A stretch of DNA of 64,000 nt from a virus (taxonomy: Duplodnaviria > Caudoviricetes). Both the position numbers and the translations under genes were made by a program. This document shows positions 1 to 9,351 of this stretch, piece after piece (positions within the stretch are counted from its first letter, which is position 1; each line of letters opens with the position of its first letter). Under the pieces are notes generated by a model, which saw nothing but the letters and a program-made list of their open reading frames with translations, was not told where the DNA came from and ran no database searches. Where the stretch lies: positions 10,002-74,001 of the IMG/VR virus record IMGVR_UViG_3300029288_000153. One strand, written 5' to 3'.

Positions 1-786
1 GTTTTTGGTGGCCGTCAGGGTGGCGGTGGCCGACCCGCGCCCCGAGATTATTTTGGTCCATAGTCGCGCGAACTCGTCAGCGGCCCCCTCCCATACCTCT
101 CCGCCAGCTAGTGTGATTCGGAGCTTCTTGCCTGTCCAGAATCTTAGAGGGTCCGTCTTGTTGGCGGGTTGAAAAAACACCCCCTTGACCCAATTGGTAT
201 TGCACCTATGGGGCATCACCTCAACCATCCAGTTGCCGGGACGCACTATACCTCGCAGAGCGGCGTAGTAGGCTTCGGCGATATCGGCCCGCCCCAACAG
301 TAGACTACGGCCGATGATGCCAACCAGACACCCCGACCCTACCGTGATATTTTGCCCACATAGCTCTTCAAGCTGTCGCCAATTCCATAGAGGCTTACGC
401 TCTGATCCATGTCGCTCAGCCCGCTGCTCAGCTGCGCTGGATAGTCGACACATGGTCTCATAGGCCTGTTGGTCGGCAGCATGAATGGTTAAGTGTCCGT
501 ATTTATGGTACGACGCGTAGGTGCCTTTGTCGTCCTTGGGTATCCCGAACTTAGGCAATATCGGATCGTCGTCGTCGGACCTATAATAGATCTCTTGCCC
601 CAGTATGCTGATTAGATTATTTTTTTGGGCCAGAGCGTATACGGTGGGGCAGTTAGCTAGTGTGCCGTGGTCCGTGCAGGTGGTATACCCGGTCCCCAGC
701 TCTATCTCGCGCCGCATAAAAGCGTCGGGCGTAGAAGCGGTGTCTAGTGATCCTTGATGGACGTGTGGCGACACGAAATTTCTCAT
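1..786 (-). CDS. dnaE: DNA polymerase III alpha subunit, N-terminal PHP domain (partial, runs off window start)
   Basis: Manual translation from ATG 786: MRNFVSPHVH...CTDHG...LGQEIY...GHLTIHAAD...RKP...GSGCLVG...WMVEVMPH. This matches the DnaE PHP motif order (HxH, TDHG, GxE, HL, SGCLxG, ExxxH). Open to base 1, so absent from the ORF track. Confidence 0.85.
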   Translation of the reverse strand, partial: MRNFVSPHVHQGSLDTASTPDAFMRREIELGTGYTTCTDHGTLANCPTVYALAQKNNLISILGQEIYYRSDDDDPILPKFGIPKDDKGTYASYHKYGHLTIHAADQQAYETMCRLSSAAEQRAERHGSERKPLWNWRQLEELCGQNITVGSGCLVGIIGRSLLLGRADIAEAYYAALRGIVRPGNWMVEVMPHRCNTNWVKGVFFQPANKTDPLRFWTGKKLRITLAGGEVWEGAADEFARLWTKIISGRGSATATLTATKN

Positions 787-834
787 ATTAGTTTTGGTCG
801 TCCGATTAAGGGGTATACGGGTCACCGCATGTAC

Positions 835-932
835 GTCTCACTCGACTGGACCGTGAGCAGGTCATTATACCCCCATCATCCCCTATCATATGATAACACG
901 CCCCCAAAAGCTCACTGTCTCACTCGACTGGA
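835..932 (-). repeat. 16-bp direct repeat GTCTCACTCGACTGGA (835-850, 917-932); related 18-bp copy at 1512-1529
   Basis: Exact matches read directly. CTCACTGTCTCACTCGAC is at both 911-928 and 1512-1529. Confidence 0.8.
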
Positions 933-942
933 CTGCTAGTGG

Positions 943-1458
943 TCACCGGAGTTCGTCGATAAGTATGTAGACCCGACCAAGAATCGTCTCGAACTCGTCG
1001 TTGTCGGGCAACGAGGTGGCATGGTGCAATAACTCGTGAGCAAAGGCGGTCTCGGCGCCACGCGTGGGAGCAAAATCCGTGTAGTCCTGCAAGTCCTCTG
1101 ACCATTCATGTTGCCAACCGGCCGACACCTCTATCCATGGATGGTCCTATCCGCTGTGATGATAGCACCCATAAGCCCTAGTGCCGCCGCAATCAAGTAC
1201 GCCGTACGACCATAGGACCACCACCGGGGTGGGGAGGGGGTAGCCGACGACCTGCTCGACGACCTGCTGGATAGCTGCTATGTCGGCGTCGAAATCCTCG
1301 GTCCCAACCCATTCGGGGGCCCCAGAGTCAATCCAAGTACCGACTTGAGGGGTAGACTGGTAGTCGGCCGTGGGGGCTGCATCCGGCTCTCGACCACACC
1401 CAGCAACCAACACGAAGGCGACGAGGATTAGATTGGAGATATTTTTATAGGCGATCAT
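943..1458 (-). pseudogene. Lipoprotein with HExxH (zincin-like) motif, interrupted by one in-frame TAG at 1147-1149
   Basis: ORF 1147-1458 has a lipobox (LVAGC). After TAG the same frame continues DHPWIEVSAGW...AFAHELLHH to the stop at 943. Confidence 0.6.
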
Positions 1459-1464
1459 GACAGT

Positions 1465-1493
1465 AGTATATCACCATCTCCTTGTGTGGTCAA
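1465..1493 (-). promoter_or_regulatory. sigma70-type promoter TTGACC-17-TATACT; leaderless start at ATG 1458
   Basis: Hexamers read directly; 6 nt between -10 and ATG. Confidence 0.75.
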
Positions 1494-1507
1494 GGTCTTA
1501 GTCTTTG

Positions 1508-1783
1508 CTATCTCACTGTCTCACTCGACGGCCTATCTACGATGCGCCCCAACAGGCAGCGCATTTCTTGCAGGATCTCCTGGGCTCTCGCGCCCGATAT
1601 CCCCACGTGCTGCTTAAGTACGTAATATTTTTCGTACGATCGCTCGTACAACTCCAACCACCCCAATACTCGATACGCAAAATCTCGCTCGATCACGGTC
1701 GGCAAGGTGTGGACGTACTCGGCCGCCCGCCTGAGGCATACCAGATGATGGGCCGCGGTCATATTTTGAGCAGCGAGGGTCAT
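1508..1783 (-). CDS. hypothetical protein
   Basis: 91-aa ORF coupled (ATGA overlap) to the upstream gene on the locally coding strand. Confidence 0.6.
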   Translation of the reverse strand: MTLAAQNMTAAHHLVCLRRAAEYVHTLPTVIERDFAYRVLGWLELYERSYEKYYVLKQHVGISGARAQEILQEMRCLLGRIVDRPSSETVR

Positions 1784-2181
1784 CTGCGGGGCTCCCGTAC
1801 CTTAGATATAGCTTTGGCGTTTTTTATGCAGGTGTTTATTTTATTGGTCGCCGCCGTCGTACAAGATCTGATACACGCTCGCCCCACTTCGTTTTTCCTC
1901 GCTGGGGCCGCCGAGCTGCTAATTAGATCCCGATAGGCATCAGCGCATTCGGATATGCACGTCTCGTTGTCTCCCACCGCCCTGTCGACACATCGTTGGG
2001 CGTAGTCGACCGCCGCGGAGGCGTAGATCGCCGACGGAATCAAATAGGCTATTAAGAGGAAGAGGATAAGGAATCGGCTCATGAGGTAGGTGATGGTATA
2101 TTTGGTCGTCGTGTGAATCGTCACCGCTTCGATGGTGGGGCAGTGTCTCGATGTATCTCTTCCTGCAGAAAACCAGAACAT
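1780..2181 (-). CDS. hypothetical Cys-rich protein with hydrophobic/signal-like segment
   Basis: Probable start ATG 2181, 6 nt after -10. Contains FLILFLLIAYLIPSAIYA followed by CxxxC pairs. Confidence 0.55.
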   Translation of the reverse strand: MFWFSAGRDTSRHCPTIEAVTIHTTTKYTITYLMSRFLILFLLIAYLIPSAIYASAAVDYAQRCVDRAVGDNETCISECADAYRDLISSSAAPARKNEVGRACIRSCTTAATNKINTCIKNAKAISKVREPRR

Positions 2182-2187
2182 AACACT

Positions 2188-2216
2188 ACTGTAACACAAA
2201 CACCTGACTTCGTCAA
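2188..2216 (-). promoter_or_regulatory. sigma70-type promoter TTGACG-17-TACAGT (extended -10 TG)
   Basis: Hexamers read directly. Confidence 0.7.
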
Positions 2217-2222
2217 CAGGTA

Positions 2223-3026
2223 TTACGTGCTGATTAGTTTTTGGGTGGCCTCGGAGTGCTTTACTACCACGCCGACCGGCCGGCCAGTAAGCGCAAAATG
2301 CGCGTCTTTGCCGGGCTTCAGTGTCGCGGTGAGCTTGACGGTGGCACCGCGCAGGGCGTCTAATCTACCATTGGGGCCGCACGGCATCGAGTCGAGCAGG
2401 GCCGCCGGAACGGTGCCCCAGGCTAGCCAGATGCCGTCGCCGCATGGCACCTTAACCGTCATCTTGTAGGCGGTTCCGTATGGGGTGTCATAGGCCTTAG
2501 CCGACACCACCACCCCCAAAAAAGTTTGTCGGCCAGTACCGACAGGAGCCACCACCAGTTTCTCGGGGGGTCGCCTTGACTCCTCCGCTAACCTGAGTAC
2601 TAGCGCGATCTGGCGATTTGTGATCTTGCGATACTTAGCAAATCGCACCGCGATGTCGCGGACGATAGGGTGATCGACACATAGGGCGTCTTGTAGCCCC
2701 GGGTTTTGGTCTAGTATACTCTGGCGCTCGACTTCAAGGCGCTCTTCGCGCTCAGCGCTGAGCGCCGCCTTCTTGGTTGCCATCTCATCGTTTTTGTGCC
2801 TACGACGAATCGCTTTAATCTCCGACTTGAGTCCAAAATCTCCGGTCTTATAGACACAGTCGCATCCTACCTTAAACTGTCTATGATCAGTAGAGAGGAT
2901 CAAGTAGATATTCTTAATGCTCGTACCGCAATAATCACAAGATGTCCTCCCCTTATCGAACCCGACCACACGAAAAGGGGCTTCACCGAGGCCGGCTTGC
3001 GAAAAGGGATGGGGGCGGTCGATCAT
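2223..3026 (-). CDS. hypothetical protein with N-terminal Zn-binding motif (CDYC...CDC) and possible C-terminal OB-like fold
   Basis: 267-aa ORF with its own promoter; the fold call is a guess from the beta-strand pattern. Confidence 0.65.
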   Translation of the reverse strand: MIDRPHPFSQAGLGEAPFRVVGFDKGRTSCDYCGTSIKNIYLILSTDHRQFKVGCDCVYKTGDFGLKSEIKAIRRRHKNDEMATKKAALSAEREERLEVERQSILDQNPGLQDALCVDHPIVRDIAVRFAKYRKITNRQIALVLRLAEESRRPPEKLVVAPVGTGRQTFLGVVVSAKAYDTPYGTAYKMTVKVPCGDGIWLAWGTVPAALLDSMPCGPNGRLDALRGATVKLTATLKPGKDAHFALTGRPVGVVVKHSEATQKLIST

Positions 3027-3032
3027 GAGATT

Positions 3033-3061
3033 AATATACGCTACCCATACGAGAATGTCAA
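3033..3061 (-). promoter_or_regulatory. sigma70-type promoter TTGACA-17-TATATT; leaderless ATG 3026
   Basis: Hexamers read directly. Confidence 0.8.
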
Positions 3062-3129
3062 GAGGCGTGTTGGCCGCTATTTTGGGGGTGATTTACTGTC
3101 TCGTTTAGGTGGAATGTGAACAGGGATTA

Positions 3130-3480
3130 TTAACCGCCAGTAACAAACGGACGCAGGGCGGTCCAGATGGCGTCTAGCTCATCATTCGACGCCTTACCCA
3201 ACTTGACTCGATCTATTGCGTCGTCTATACGCACGACACGCCAGACTCGATTAATTTTGGTTTGACGTAGTATTTTATCCACGACCTCAACAGTGAACGG
3301 ACATATCGTCATCGACCTGTCTAGTGTATATTTACTGAGCCTGATCTTGCCGGTTGGCGTGATTTTTGTAACGACGTCGCGACTGTACCAAGCATCTCCT
3401 GTCCGTGTCGTATTCGATATCGCCACTGCATCCCCGACCTTCAAGTTCTTTAGCCACTCACATCGCTCTGTATCAGTCAT
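3130..3480 (-). CDS. hypothetical protein
   Basis: 116-aa ORF with its own promoter. Confidence 0.65.
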   Translation of the reverse strand: MTDTERCEWLKNLKVGDAVAISNTTRTGDAWYSRDVVTKITPTGKIRLSKYTLDRSMTICPFTVEVVDKILRQTKINRVWRVVRIDDAIDRVKLGKASNDELDAIWTALRPFVTGG

Positions 3481-3486
3481 GACTAT

Positions 3487-3515
3487 GATATATCACACCT
3501 CGGTATAGAAGTCAA
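3487..3515 (-). promoter_or_regulatory. sigma70-type promoter TTGACT-17-TATATC; leaderless ATG 3480
   Basis: Hexamers read directly. Confidence 0.7.
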
Positions 3516-3546
3516 CCAGACCATAGGGCGAGTCACAACACTCCAC

Positions 3547-3780
3547 CTACCCAGAAACACAGTCCTCCGATATCATACCCCGAATCTTTCCGACCACTGT
3601 CCGGTACTGCGACTCAACCCAGTCGGATGTTTCGCCTAGCCCTTTGGCGATCATGACGGTGGGGAGTCCGTCGGGGAATTTTTGGATCGCCTCATCGACA
3701 CTATAATGATAACGCCGAAGGAATACGTAGTCGGTTTCTTGGCGGATCATTTGTCGCTGTTCTTCTGTTATGGTGGCCAT
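3547..3780 (-). CDS. small HTH protein resembling a stand-alone sigma70 region 4.2
   Basis: LPTVMIAKGLGETSDWVESQYRTVVGKIRG resembles the TxxEIAxxLGxSxxxV...AxxKLR pattern. Confidence 0.5.
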   Translation of the reverse strand: MATITEEQRQMIRQETDYVFLRRYHYSVDEAIQKFPDGLPTVMIAKGLGETSDWVESQYRTVVGKIRGMISEDCVSG

Positions 3781-3799
3781 ATTGCCCCCTCAGTCGCTA

Positions 3800-4219
3800 T
3801 TATACAACGTTACTTGTAGGACGCTGTGTCCAGCGTTCCAAGGGCACATCGATGATTTCGCCTAATCCTAGTGATTTTGGGCATATATCTTGCAAGTGCT
3901 TTTCGGCAATGGCGAAATGTTCTCGTCTCGCCCGAACTTCGATGGTGGTGGTATTATATAGTTGCCTCGCTGATGTGATTTGTGCACGGTAGCTCCTACG
4001 TCTCTCCGCTGCCGCCGCGTACTCGGGCAGAGATACCACACATCCCTCGTCACAACACCGCACCATCTGCCTCTGCTGTGCGGTTTGCTGATCGACTAGG
4101 TGGACCAAGGCATCGATCTGATTTTTGGCTTTCGCCGCCCGCCCTTCTACTTCGACTAGCGCGGCCGAGAGGGTGTCAACTGTTTTTTTAATCTTAGCAA
4201 TATGGTCGATTTCAATCAT
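3800..4219 (-). CDS. hypothetical coiled-coil protein
   Basis: 139-aa helical ORF; TGA-TATACT (4226-4234) lies 6 nt upstream of the ATG. Confidence 0.65.
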   Translation of the reverse strand: MIEIDHIAKIKKTVDTLSAALVEVEGRAAKAKNQIDALVHLVDQQTAQQRQMVRCCDEGCVVSLPEYAAAAERRRSYRAQITSARQLYNTTTIEVRARREHFAIAEKHLQDICPKSLGLGEIIDVPLERWTQRPTSNVV

Positions 4220-4269
4220 GATCGTAGTATATCATGCCTTAATAGCCTCAGTTAACCGAACCGTCATAT

Positions 4270-5571
4270 CTAAAACTCGCCGTTCCAAGGTCGGATGATT
4301 TTATCTAATGCAGCTGCTTGATCTTGTTTTGGTCCGACCTGAACAAATCGACTGTCTCCTACCAAGAAGTCTGGTGTACTCTCAATCAGATACTGGCCAT
4401 TGCGGCTCGATGGATGCGCGATACTGACCGTAAAAGGATCTGGAGGAATCAGACATCCGTTGGTGCACAGGGCACCTGTGGCCGGGTAAGATAGCATCCC
4501 GACGTGTCCGTGTCCCACAATAAATAAGCGATATGACTCCTTGCCTCGCTGGGTTTCGCCGTCGTTGATGGCCAGCATCTGTGACTCTAGGTGTTCGGTG
4601 TTAAGCGATCTCCCTACGTTGCCTACACTCAGGCAAGTATCGCCGTGGGTAGCGTATACACGCTGTCCGGCGAACGGCGAATATTCCACGAAAGGTGTGC
4701 GAGGAATTTCAACTGTGACGTTATCAATATGAGCCAACGCGGCTTTGATAGCGATGTAGATGTGGGTCGCAAAACTATCCCATTTGTCGTTGATTGCTCG
4801 ATCGGCGTGTACGCCGGGGTTCCGGTCGTGATTGCCGGAGGAGCACAAAATCGCTACCGATCGGTACTGGCTCCCTAGAATTACAAACACCTGATATAGC
4901 AACCAAACAGCGTCAGCCACCTGCTCGGCTAGTTTCGCTCCACTGGCAGATGCGTGAATCAACCCCTTAATCAGATCCCCCAGTAGTAACACAGTCAACT
5001 TGGTCTGTTTCCGGTAATCTCGCTTGAACTCACATACACTCTTAGTCACCCATGCCAGGCGACGCGCCTCCTCGACGGCGCCAAAGCGATGCGGTACCTC
5101 TCTGGGGTCCAAGTTGGATCCCAGATGTAGATCGGATAGTACCAAGGTGACCATCCTCTGTACACTGTCTTTTGGTGCTCTTTTAACACTATACCCAAAG
5201 GCCTTTGGTGCGTGTTTCGTGAACATCCGATTCATCAAATCTTCTAGCCGCGACAAAAACAGATCTTGGCTAGCCAGAGCGTTAATGGCCGATTTGCCGA
5301 TTTTGGCCATTTCCTTGAGTTCTAGCTTCTGTATTGTGTTTACAGACGGCACCGAGGTAAAGAAAGCACTCTTGATAGCGTTGAATCCGCCAATAGAGGT
5401 AACGTATGTCGAGAGTTCACGTAGAGCAGACGTATCAAACGCCTGTTCGGCCCGTAGCCATGTGCGAAACACCCCGTACGGCAAATCGACTGGCTGAATT
5501 TGTTTTCGGACACAGCACTGCGCCATCAGTCCTACTAGTTTTGTGGTCGTATCCGAAATAATTTTTGACAT
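4270..5571 (-). CDS. calcineurin-like metallophosphoesterase
   Basis: Motifs SDLHLG, LGDL, GNHD, THGD, GHGH. Confidence 0.85.
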   Translation of the reverse strand: MSKIISDTTTKLVGLMAQCCVRKQIQPVDLPYGVFRTWLRAEQAFDTSALRELSTYVTSIGGFNAIKSAFFTSVPSVNTIQKLELKEMAKIGKSAINALASQDLFLSRLEDLMNRMFTKHAPKAFGYSVKRAPKDSVQRMVTLVLSDLHLGSNLDPREVPHRFGAVEEARRLAWVTKSVCEFKRDYRKQTKLTVLLLGDLIKGLIHASASGAKLAEQVADAVWLLYQVFVILGSQYRSVAILCSSGNHDRNPGVHADRAINDKWDSFATHIYIAIKAALAHIDNVTVEIPRTPFVEYSPFAGQRVYATHGDTCLSVGNVGRSLNTEHLESQMLAINDGETQRGKESYRLFIVGHGHVGMLSYPATGALCTNGCLIPPDPFTVSIAHPSSRNGQYLIESTPDFLVGDSRFVQVGPKQDQAAALDKIIRPWNGEF

Positions 5572-5671
5572 ACGCTACCTCCGTTGGTGTAGTGATGTAC
5601 TGTAGATTCTCATCGCAACATTGTAACTGCTAGTAGATGTTGCATGAATCATTTCAAGAGGCTATTCGTGT

Positions 5672-6205
5672 TTATTCCGGAGTTGCGGATGTTGCTTCTG
5701 TCAATGCCTTGGCCTTCGAGACAGCGGCAACCTCTTGCTGGTACTCGACCGCTCGCGCTTTATCAACCCGGTAGATCTCGGTAACGGTCAATGTGGCGTT
5801 ATTGTGTTCTACAACATCCCCAACCCTTTTACCCACAAACTTGCCGCGAATATCGGCGGCGATGGCGCGTACCTCGAACTGAGCGCGACGTGTCTTGCTG
5901 TCGGCCCCCACATCGGCACCAACTATCAATGTATCTTCGGTTGACTCTTCGACAGGCTGAAGTACTCCAGCGTCCGCAAGCAACTTGACCCCATTCCCCA
6001 TCTCCGTTTCCTGCTGGTCTTGTCGTTCTTGTCGCAGCCGTAGAATCTCAGCAGTAACCGACTCTTCGCCAAGTAGACTGACGATGGCGGTGAGGACCTC
6101 TACATTGGCGGCCATTGCCTGGCGAACCTCGAACGCCTGAGCGTCTAATTGACCAACAGCCTTCTGCAACTCCTGATATGACTGACGTAGCTTCTTCTCT
6201 TGCAT
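5672..6205 (-). CDS. hypothetical protein: coiled coil plus C-terminal segment resembling GreA/GreB C-domain
   Basis: FVGKRVGDVVEH...LTVTEIY resembles LLGKKVGDxVxV...+xxI; weak similarity. Confidence 0.5.
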   Translation of the reverse strand: MQEKKLRQSYQELQKAVGQLDAQAFEVRQAMAANVEVLTAIVSLLGEESVTAEILRLRQERQDQQETEMGNGVKLLADAGVLQPVEESTEDTLIVGADVGADSKTRRAQFEVRAIAADIRGKFVGKRVGDVVEHNNATLTVTEIYRVDKARAVEYQQEVAAVSKAKALTEATSATPE

Positions 6206-6230
6206 AGTGACTCCTTTGTGGTTTATTGTA

Positions 6231-7004
6231 TTACTGCGTTAACATTGATGCGCCTTCACCATCTATCACTGTCCCTTGCGTCGCTGCCTGCTCCTGGGCT
6301 TTTTGCGCCATCACAGCACTCATCCCGAGGCCCTGCGGCATCCGATACCTTTTAGGTGGCGGGGGTGACGGACGGTTGGCGGCGCTGTCGACGTCGGTTT
6401 TTTTGCGAGGTCGGCCCACCCTACGAACAACCGGGGACGGTGGTGGTGGTTGCGGTGGTTGCGAAGGTGTTATCTGGGGTAGTGGCCGTGAGAGCGATAC
6501 TAAAGGTGCCCTCTGCACGTATGTGGGACGCGTATTTACCTGTCGGCTAATAGGCGGTGCTGATAAATTTTGGGGCTCAACGGGGACGGGTTGTGACTCG
6601 TCACGAGACAACATCTTTTGGGCTAATAGTTTTAGTGCCCCCACTTCTTCGGCCGTGAATGATTCATTTTGAGTGGGGGTTTCTCCGAAAATTTCGTCGA
6701 TACGACGCTGCGCGTAGTTCCAGATTTCATCCTGCACCTGGTTGGCGTAATTATCGCTATCCTCCCCGAATAGCGGTGAGTTCAGTATTTCTTCGTAATA
6801 TTGGGCCATTCGTAGTCGCTGCTCGACCTTATTATTGCGCCGCCTTGTACGTAGCCGTGTCGGTGCGGTTACAGGCGGTCCGGTGACCGCAGGAGCCGAT
6901 ATATATTGCGGATCTTCATACGCGTCTTCCGGCGGCCCCCAGCCCGTCGGTCCATAGCCGTTATTTGACATGATTAGCCCCTTTCTACTACGCCTCACTG
7001 TCAT
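6231..7004 (-). CDS. hypothetical Pro-rich protein (likely start ATG 6971)
   Basis: 257-aa ORF in operon context. Confidence 0.65.
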   Translation of the reverse strand: MTVRRSRKGLIMSNNGYGPTGWGPPEDAYEDPQYISAPAVTGPPVTAPTRLRTRRRNNKVEQRLRMAQYYEEILNSPLFGEDSDNYANQVQDEIWNYAQRRIDEIFGETPTQNESFTAEEVGALKLLAQKMLSRDESQPVPVEPQNLSAPPISRQVNTRPTYVQRAPLVSLSRPLPQITPSQPPQPPPPSPVVRRVGRPRKKTDVDSAANRPSPPPPKRYRMPQGLGMSAVMAQKAQEQAATQGTVIDGEGASMLTQ

Positions 7005-7065
7005 GAACAGATTATTATGTCATATCAGTATGATAACACGACGAAGTGTCAGTGTGCATATATAT

Positions 7066-8724
7066 TTACCCACACGACCCGCCCTTGCCGGCGATATCGC
7101 AAACGTCAGCTTGCTCGTGGAATACTCGCCCAATGTGCGACACGGCGGTGGCATACGACACTACCCCCAGTGGCTGTCCGTCTCTGGCCCCGTCGGGGTA
7201 GACGGTGACGCCCCGTAGCTTGGGCAAATATCGATATAACATATCACCGAACGCCCGCACGGTTGAGTCGTTATTATGTTGCGAGCCCCAAGGGGGGAGG
7301 TTGATCGTGCTCGAAATGCCGTGATCCACGTATCCCTGTATCCAAGCCTGAAAGGCCACCCTGCGTTCAATATTGTCAGCTAATGAATACGCGTCTTCAA
7401 TGGCTTCGGGTCTTATACCCTGATCAATCAGCCTCCTAGCTACCGGATCAACGACATACTCGTAGTTAACCATGTTGCCTTTATAATATCGTCGCCGATA
7501 TGCTGCACAGAATAACGGCTCAATCGATGCGGTGGTCTCGGCCACAATCGACGTCGTACCGTTTGGCGCACACGCTCGGGTCTTTTTGGGTCTCGATATA
7601 TCCCACTCGCTGGCCCATTTATTAGCGACCTGCCCGGAAGTGGCGTATATATCCAACAGCTGTCCGAGTTCATCGTCGGGGCCATATACCTTACTTCGTT
7701 TCAGCAGCCACTCGTGCACTCCCATTACTCCGAGTCCTAGTCGGCGATTTTTGGTGCGCACCTTATCGACGGCTGGGTAGGGGACATCTGAGTACACTGA
7801 CCCCGCCAACAAAAAAGCAGTACCAATATCTACCAGCTCCTGCATGTGAGTTGCATCGCGTACATTGGCTATATTGATCGATCCAAGGTTGCAGATATCG
7901 TCCGTGTCGCAAGACGACACCTCGGCACACGCGTTGCGTAGATCTTCACCGGCGTTGTGTCCGATATCTATCGACAACCCCGGCTCGCCCTTTTTTAAAC
8001 CTTGGCGGATCACCTCCCAGTATACATTTCTGGCCAGCGAATGCTTGGGGTGTTTATCGTTATCATACGCCCGAAAGAAATCGTCATCCAGACATACCGA
8101 TACATTGGTCATATCCAAAGTGGCCGGTGATGCGAAGTCCTTGGACTTCATAGCTCTCACCTCAGGCGACCAATCCTTGATATGGATGAACTTCATGACA
8201 TCGGGATGATCCCACCTTAACCCAGACCATATAGCCGATCGCCTTGCTCCACCTTGCATCACCCATCGTCCAATTTCGTTGATTATATTCATGAGCGCAA
8301 GGGGCCCCGACGACACCCCGCCCGTTTTGCGAATCTTAGCTCCCTCTTCCCTAATAGACGAATAATTGATACCGATTCCGGCACCGGTCATCAAGGCCAT
8401 CATAGAGTTGTGGGCTAAAATAGACCACCCCTCTCGGGAGTCGTCAGCTCTCATAAGCATGCAGTTTTGCACTTGATGTAGCGGCCTACCGGCCGCGTAC
8501 ATATATCGTCCCCCCGGGATAAACTCACGAGCCGCGATAGCTTTTTCGGTGGCATCTACTAATTCACGAGATGCATCCACCGCCCCCAATACATGCTTGG
8601 CGACCCTTTTGGCTAGCTGCCCCCAGGTTTCCTGTACTCCGGATTTAAGGGTCCAGGCGTATCGGAGACGAAATACATTTTGGGCGAACGAGGAGCGAAA
8701 CACGTCTAGATCAGGTCGATTCAT
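7066..8724 (-). CDS. nrdJ: ribonucleotide reductase, class II (adenosylcobalamin-dependent)
   Basis: PGGR, QNC, GAGIG, GGARRSA, DHPD, GEPG, NACAE, CNLGSIN, GLGVMG, APNGT, STINLP, GVTVYPDGAR and a C-terminal Cys pair. No class I YY motif and no NrdB nearby. Confidence 0.88.
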   Translation of the reverse strand: MNRPDLDVFRSSFAQNVFRLRYAWTLKSGVQETWGQLAKRVAKHVLGAVDASRELVDATEKAIAAREFIPGGRYMYAAGRPLHQVQNCMLMRADDSREGWSILAHNSMMALMTGAGIGINYSSIREEGAKIRKTGGVSSGPLALMNIINEIGRWVMQGGARRSAIWSGLRWDHPDVMKFIHIKDWSPEVRAMKSKDFASPATLDMTNVSVCLDDDFFRAYDNDKHPKHSLARNVYWEVIRQGLKKGEPGLSIDIGHNAGEDLRNACAEVSSCDTDDICNLGSINIANVRDATHMQELVDIGTAFLLAGSVYSDVPYPAVDKVRTKNRRLGLGVMGVHEWLLKRSKVYGPDDELGQLLDIYATSGQVANKWASEWDISRPKKTRACAPNGTTSIVAETTASIEPLFCAAYRRRYYKGNMVNYEYVVDPVARRLIDQGIRPEAIEDAYSLADNIERRVAFQAWIQGYVDHGISSTINLPPWGSQHNNDSTVRAFGDMLYRYLPKLRGVTVYPDGARDGQPLGVVSYATAVSHIGRVFHEQADVCDIAGKGGSCG

Positions 8725-9343
8725 CTTTGTCGTTTCCCGTGCACGGCTCGGCGCCGTTCAGATAGGCATGTAGCAGCAAAACGGCATCTGCTATGTCGTC
8801 GTCCTTAGCCAACAGCTCGATGCCGTATAGCTCCCTAACTCGACGTATCGCTACGTGTTTGATCGTGATCTTCCCCGCAATCCCCAATGTCTTTTTGTCT
8901 AGCTTTTGTCCACACGCCTTAGCTCGACGCTTATGTCTACTCAGTTTTGCGTTGCGATTTTTATCTTCTCGCGACATCTTTGTGGCCGTGACCTTCCGCC
9001 ACTCCGAGGTGTTCAGGTACGTTAGTTTGATATCGGTATGTTCTTTGGCAAATGCGTCTAGGAACGCAAAGTGTAGGTACTCTAGCCCCTTCTGAGTAAA
9101 CCTAGATCTAGCTCCGTTTGTCTCTTCTACTACTACTTCATCGATCGGCCGAATTCGCACCTGCTGTATCAACAATTCGGCCATCGCCTTGGCACCTAGA
9201 TAATACCCCCAAGGATGTCTGGCGTAGTCCCTGAGTCGGCGGGGCAAAACGATGACACCGTATTTTAGGGAAGATGGGCCTATGTCGGTATCGATAGAGG
9301 CCCATCCAGTACTAGACGAGATATCGAATGAGAGTAGGCGCAT
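8711..9343 (-). CDS. ruvC: RuvC-like Holliday junction resolvase
   Basis: LLSFDISSSTGWA, VVVEE and DDIADAV form the RNase H-fold acidic tetrad. Confidence 0.8.
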   Translation of the reverse strand: MRLLSFDISSSTGWASIDTDIGPSSLKYGVIVLPRRLRDYARHPWGYYLGAKAMAELLIQQVRIRPIDEVVVEETNGARSRFTQKGLEYLHFAFLDAFAKEHTDIKLTYLNTSEWRKVTATKMSREDKNRNAKLSRHKRRAKACGQKLDKKTLGIAGKITIKHVAIRRVRELYGIELLAKDDDIADAVLLLHAYLNGAEPCTGNDKDEST

Positions 9344-9351
9344 CGGGGTAG

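Noticed and set aside
4270-5571. IGKS and similar [LIVM]xK[SA] matches in non-virion proteins as cleavage sites
   Set aside because: A short motif occurs by chance. Only occurrences at domain boundaries of late proteins were counted, and enrichment still needs a formal test.
7066-8724. Class I ribonucleotide reductase
   Set aside because: It lacks the C-terminal YY radical pathway and an NrdB partner; the length and the VTVYPDGAR motif fit class II.
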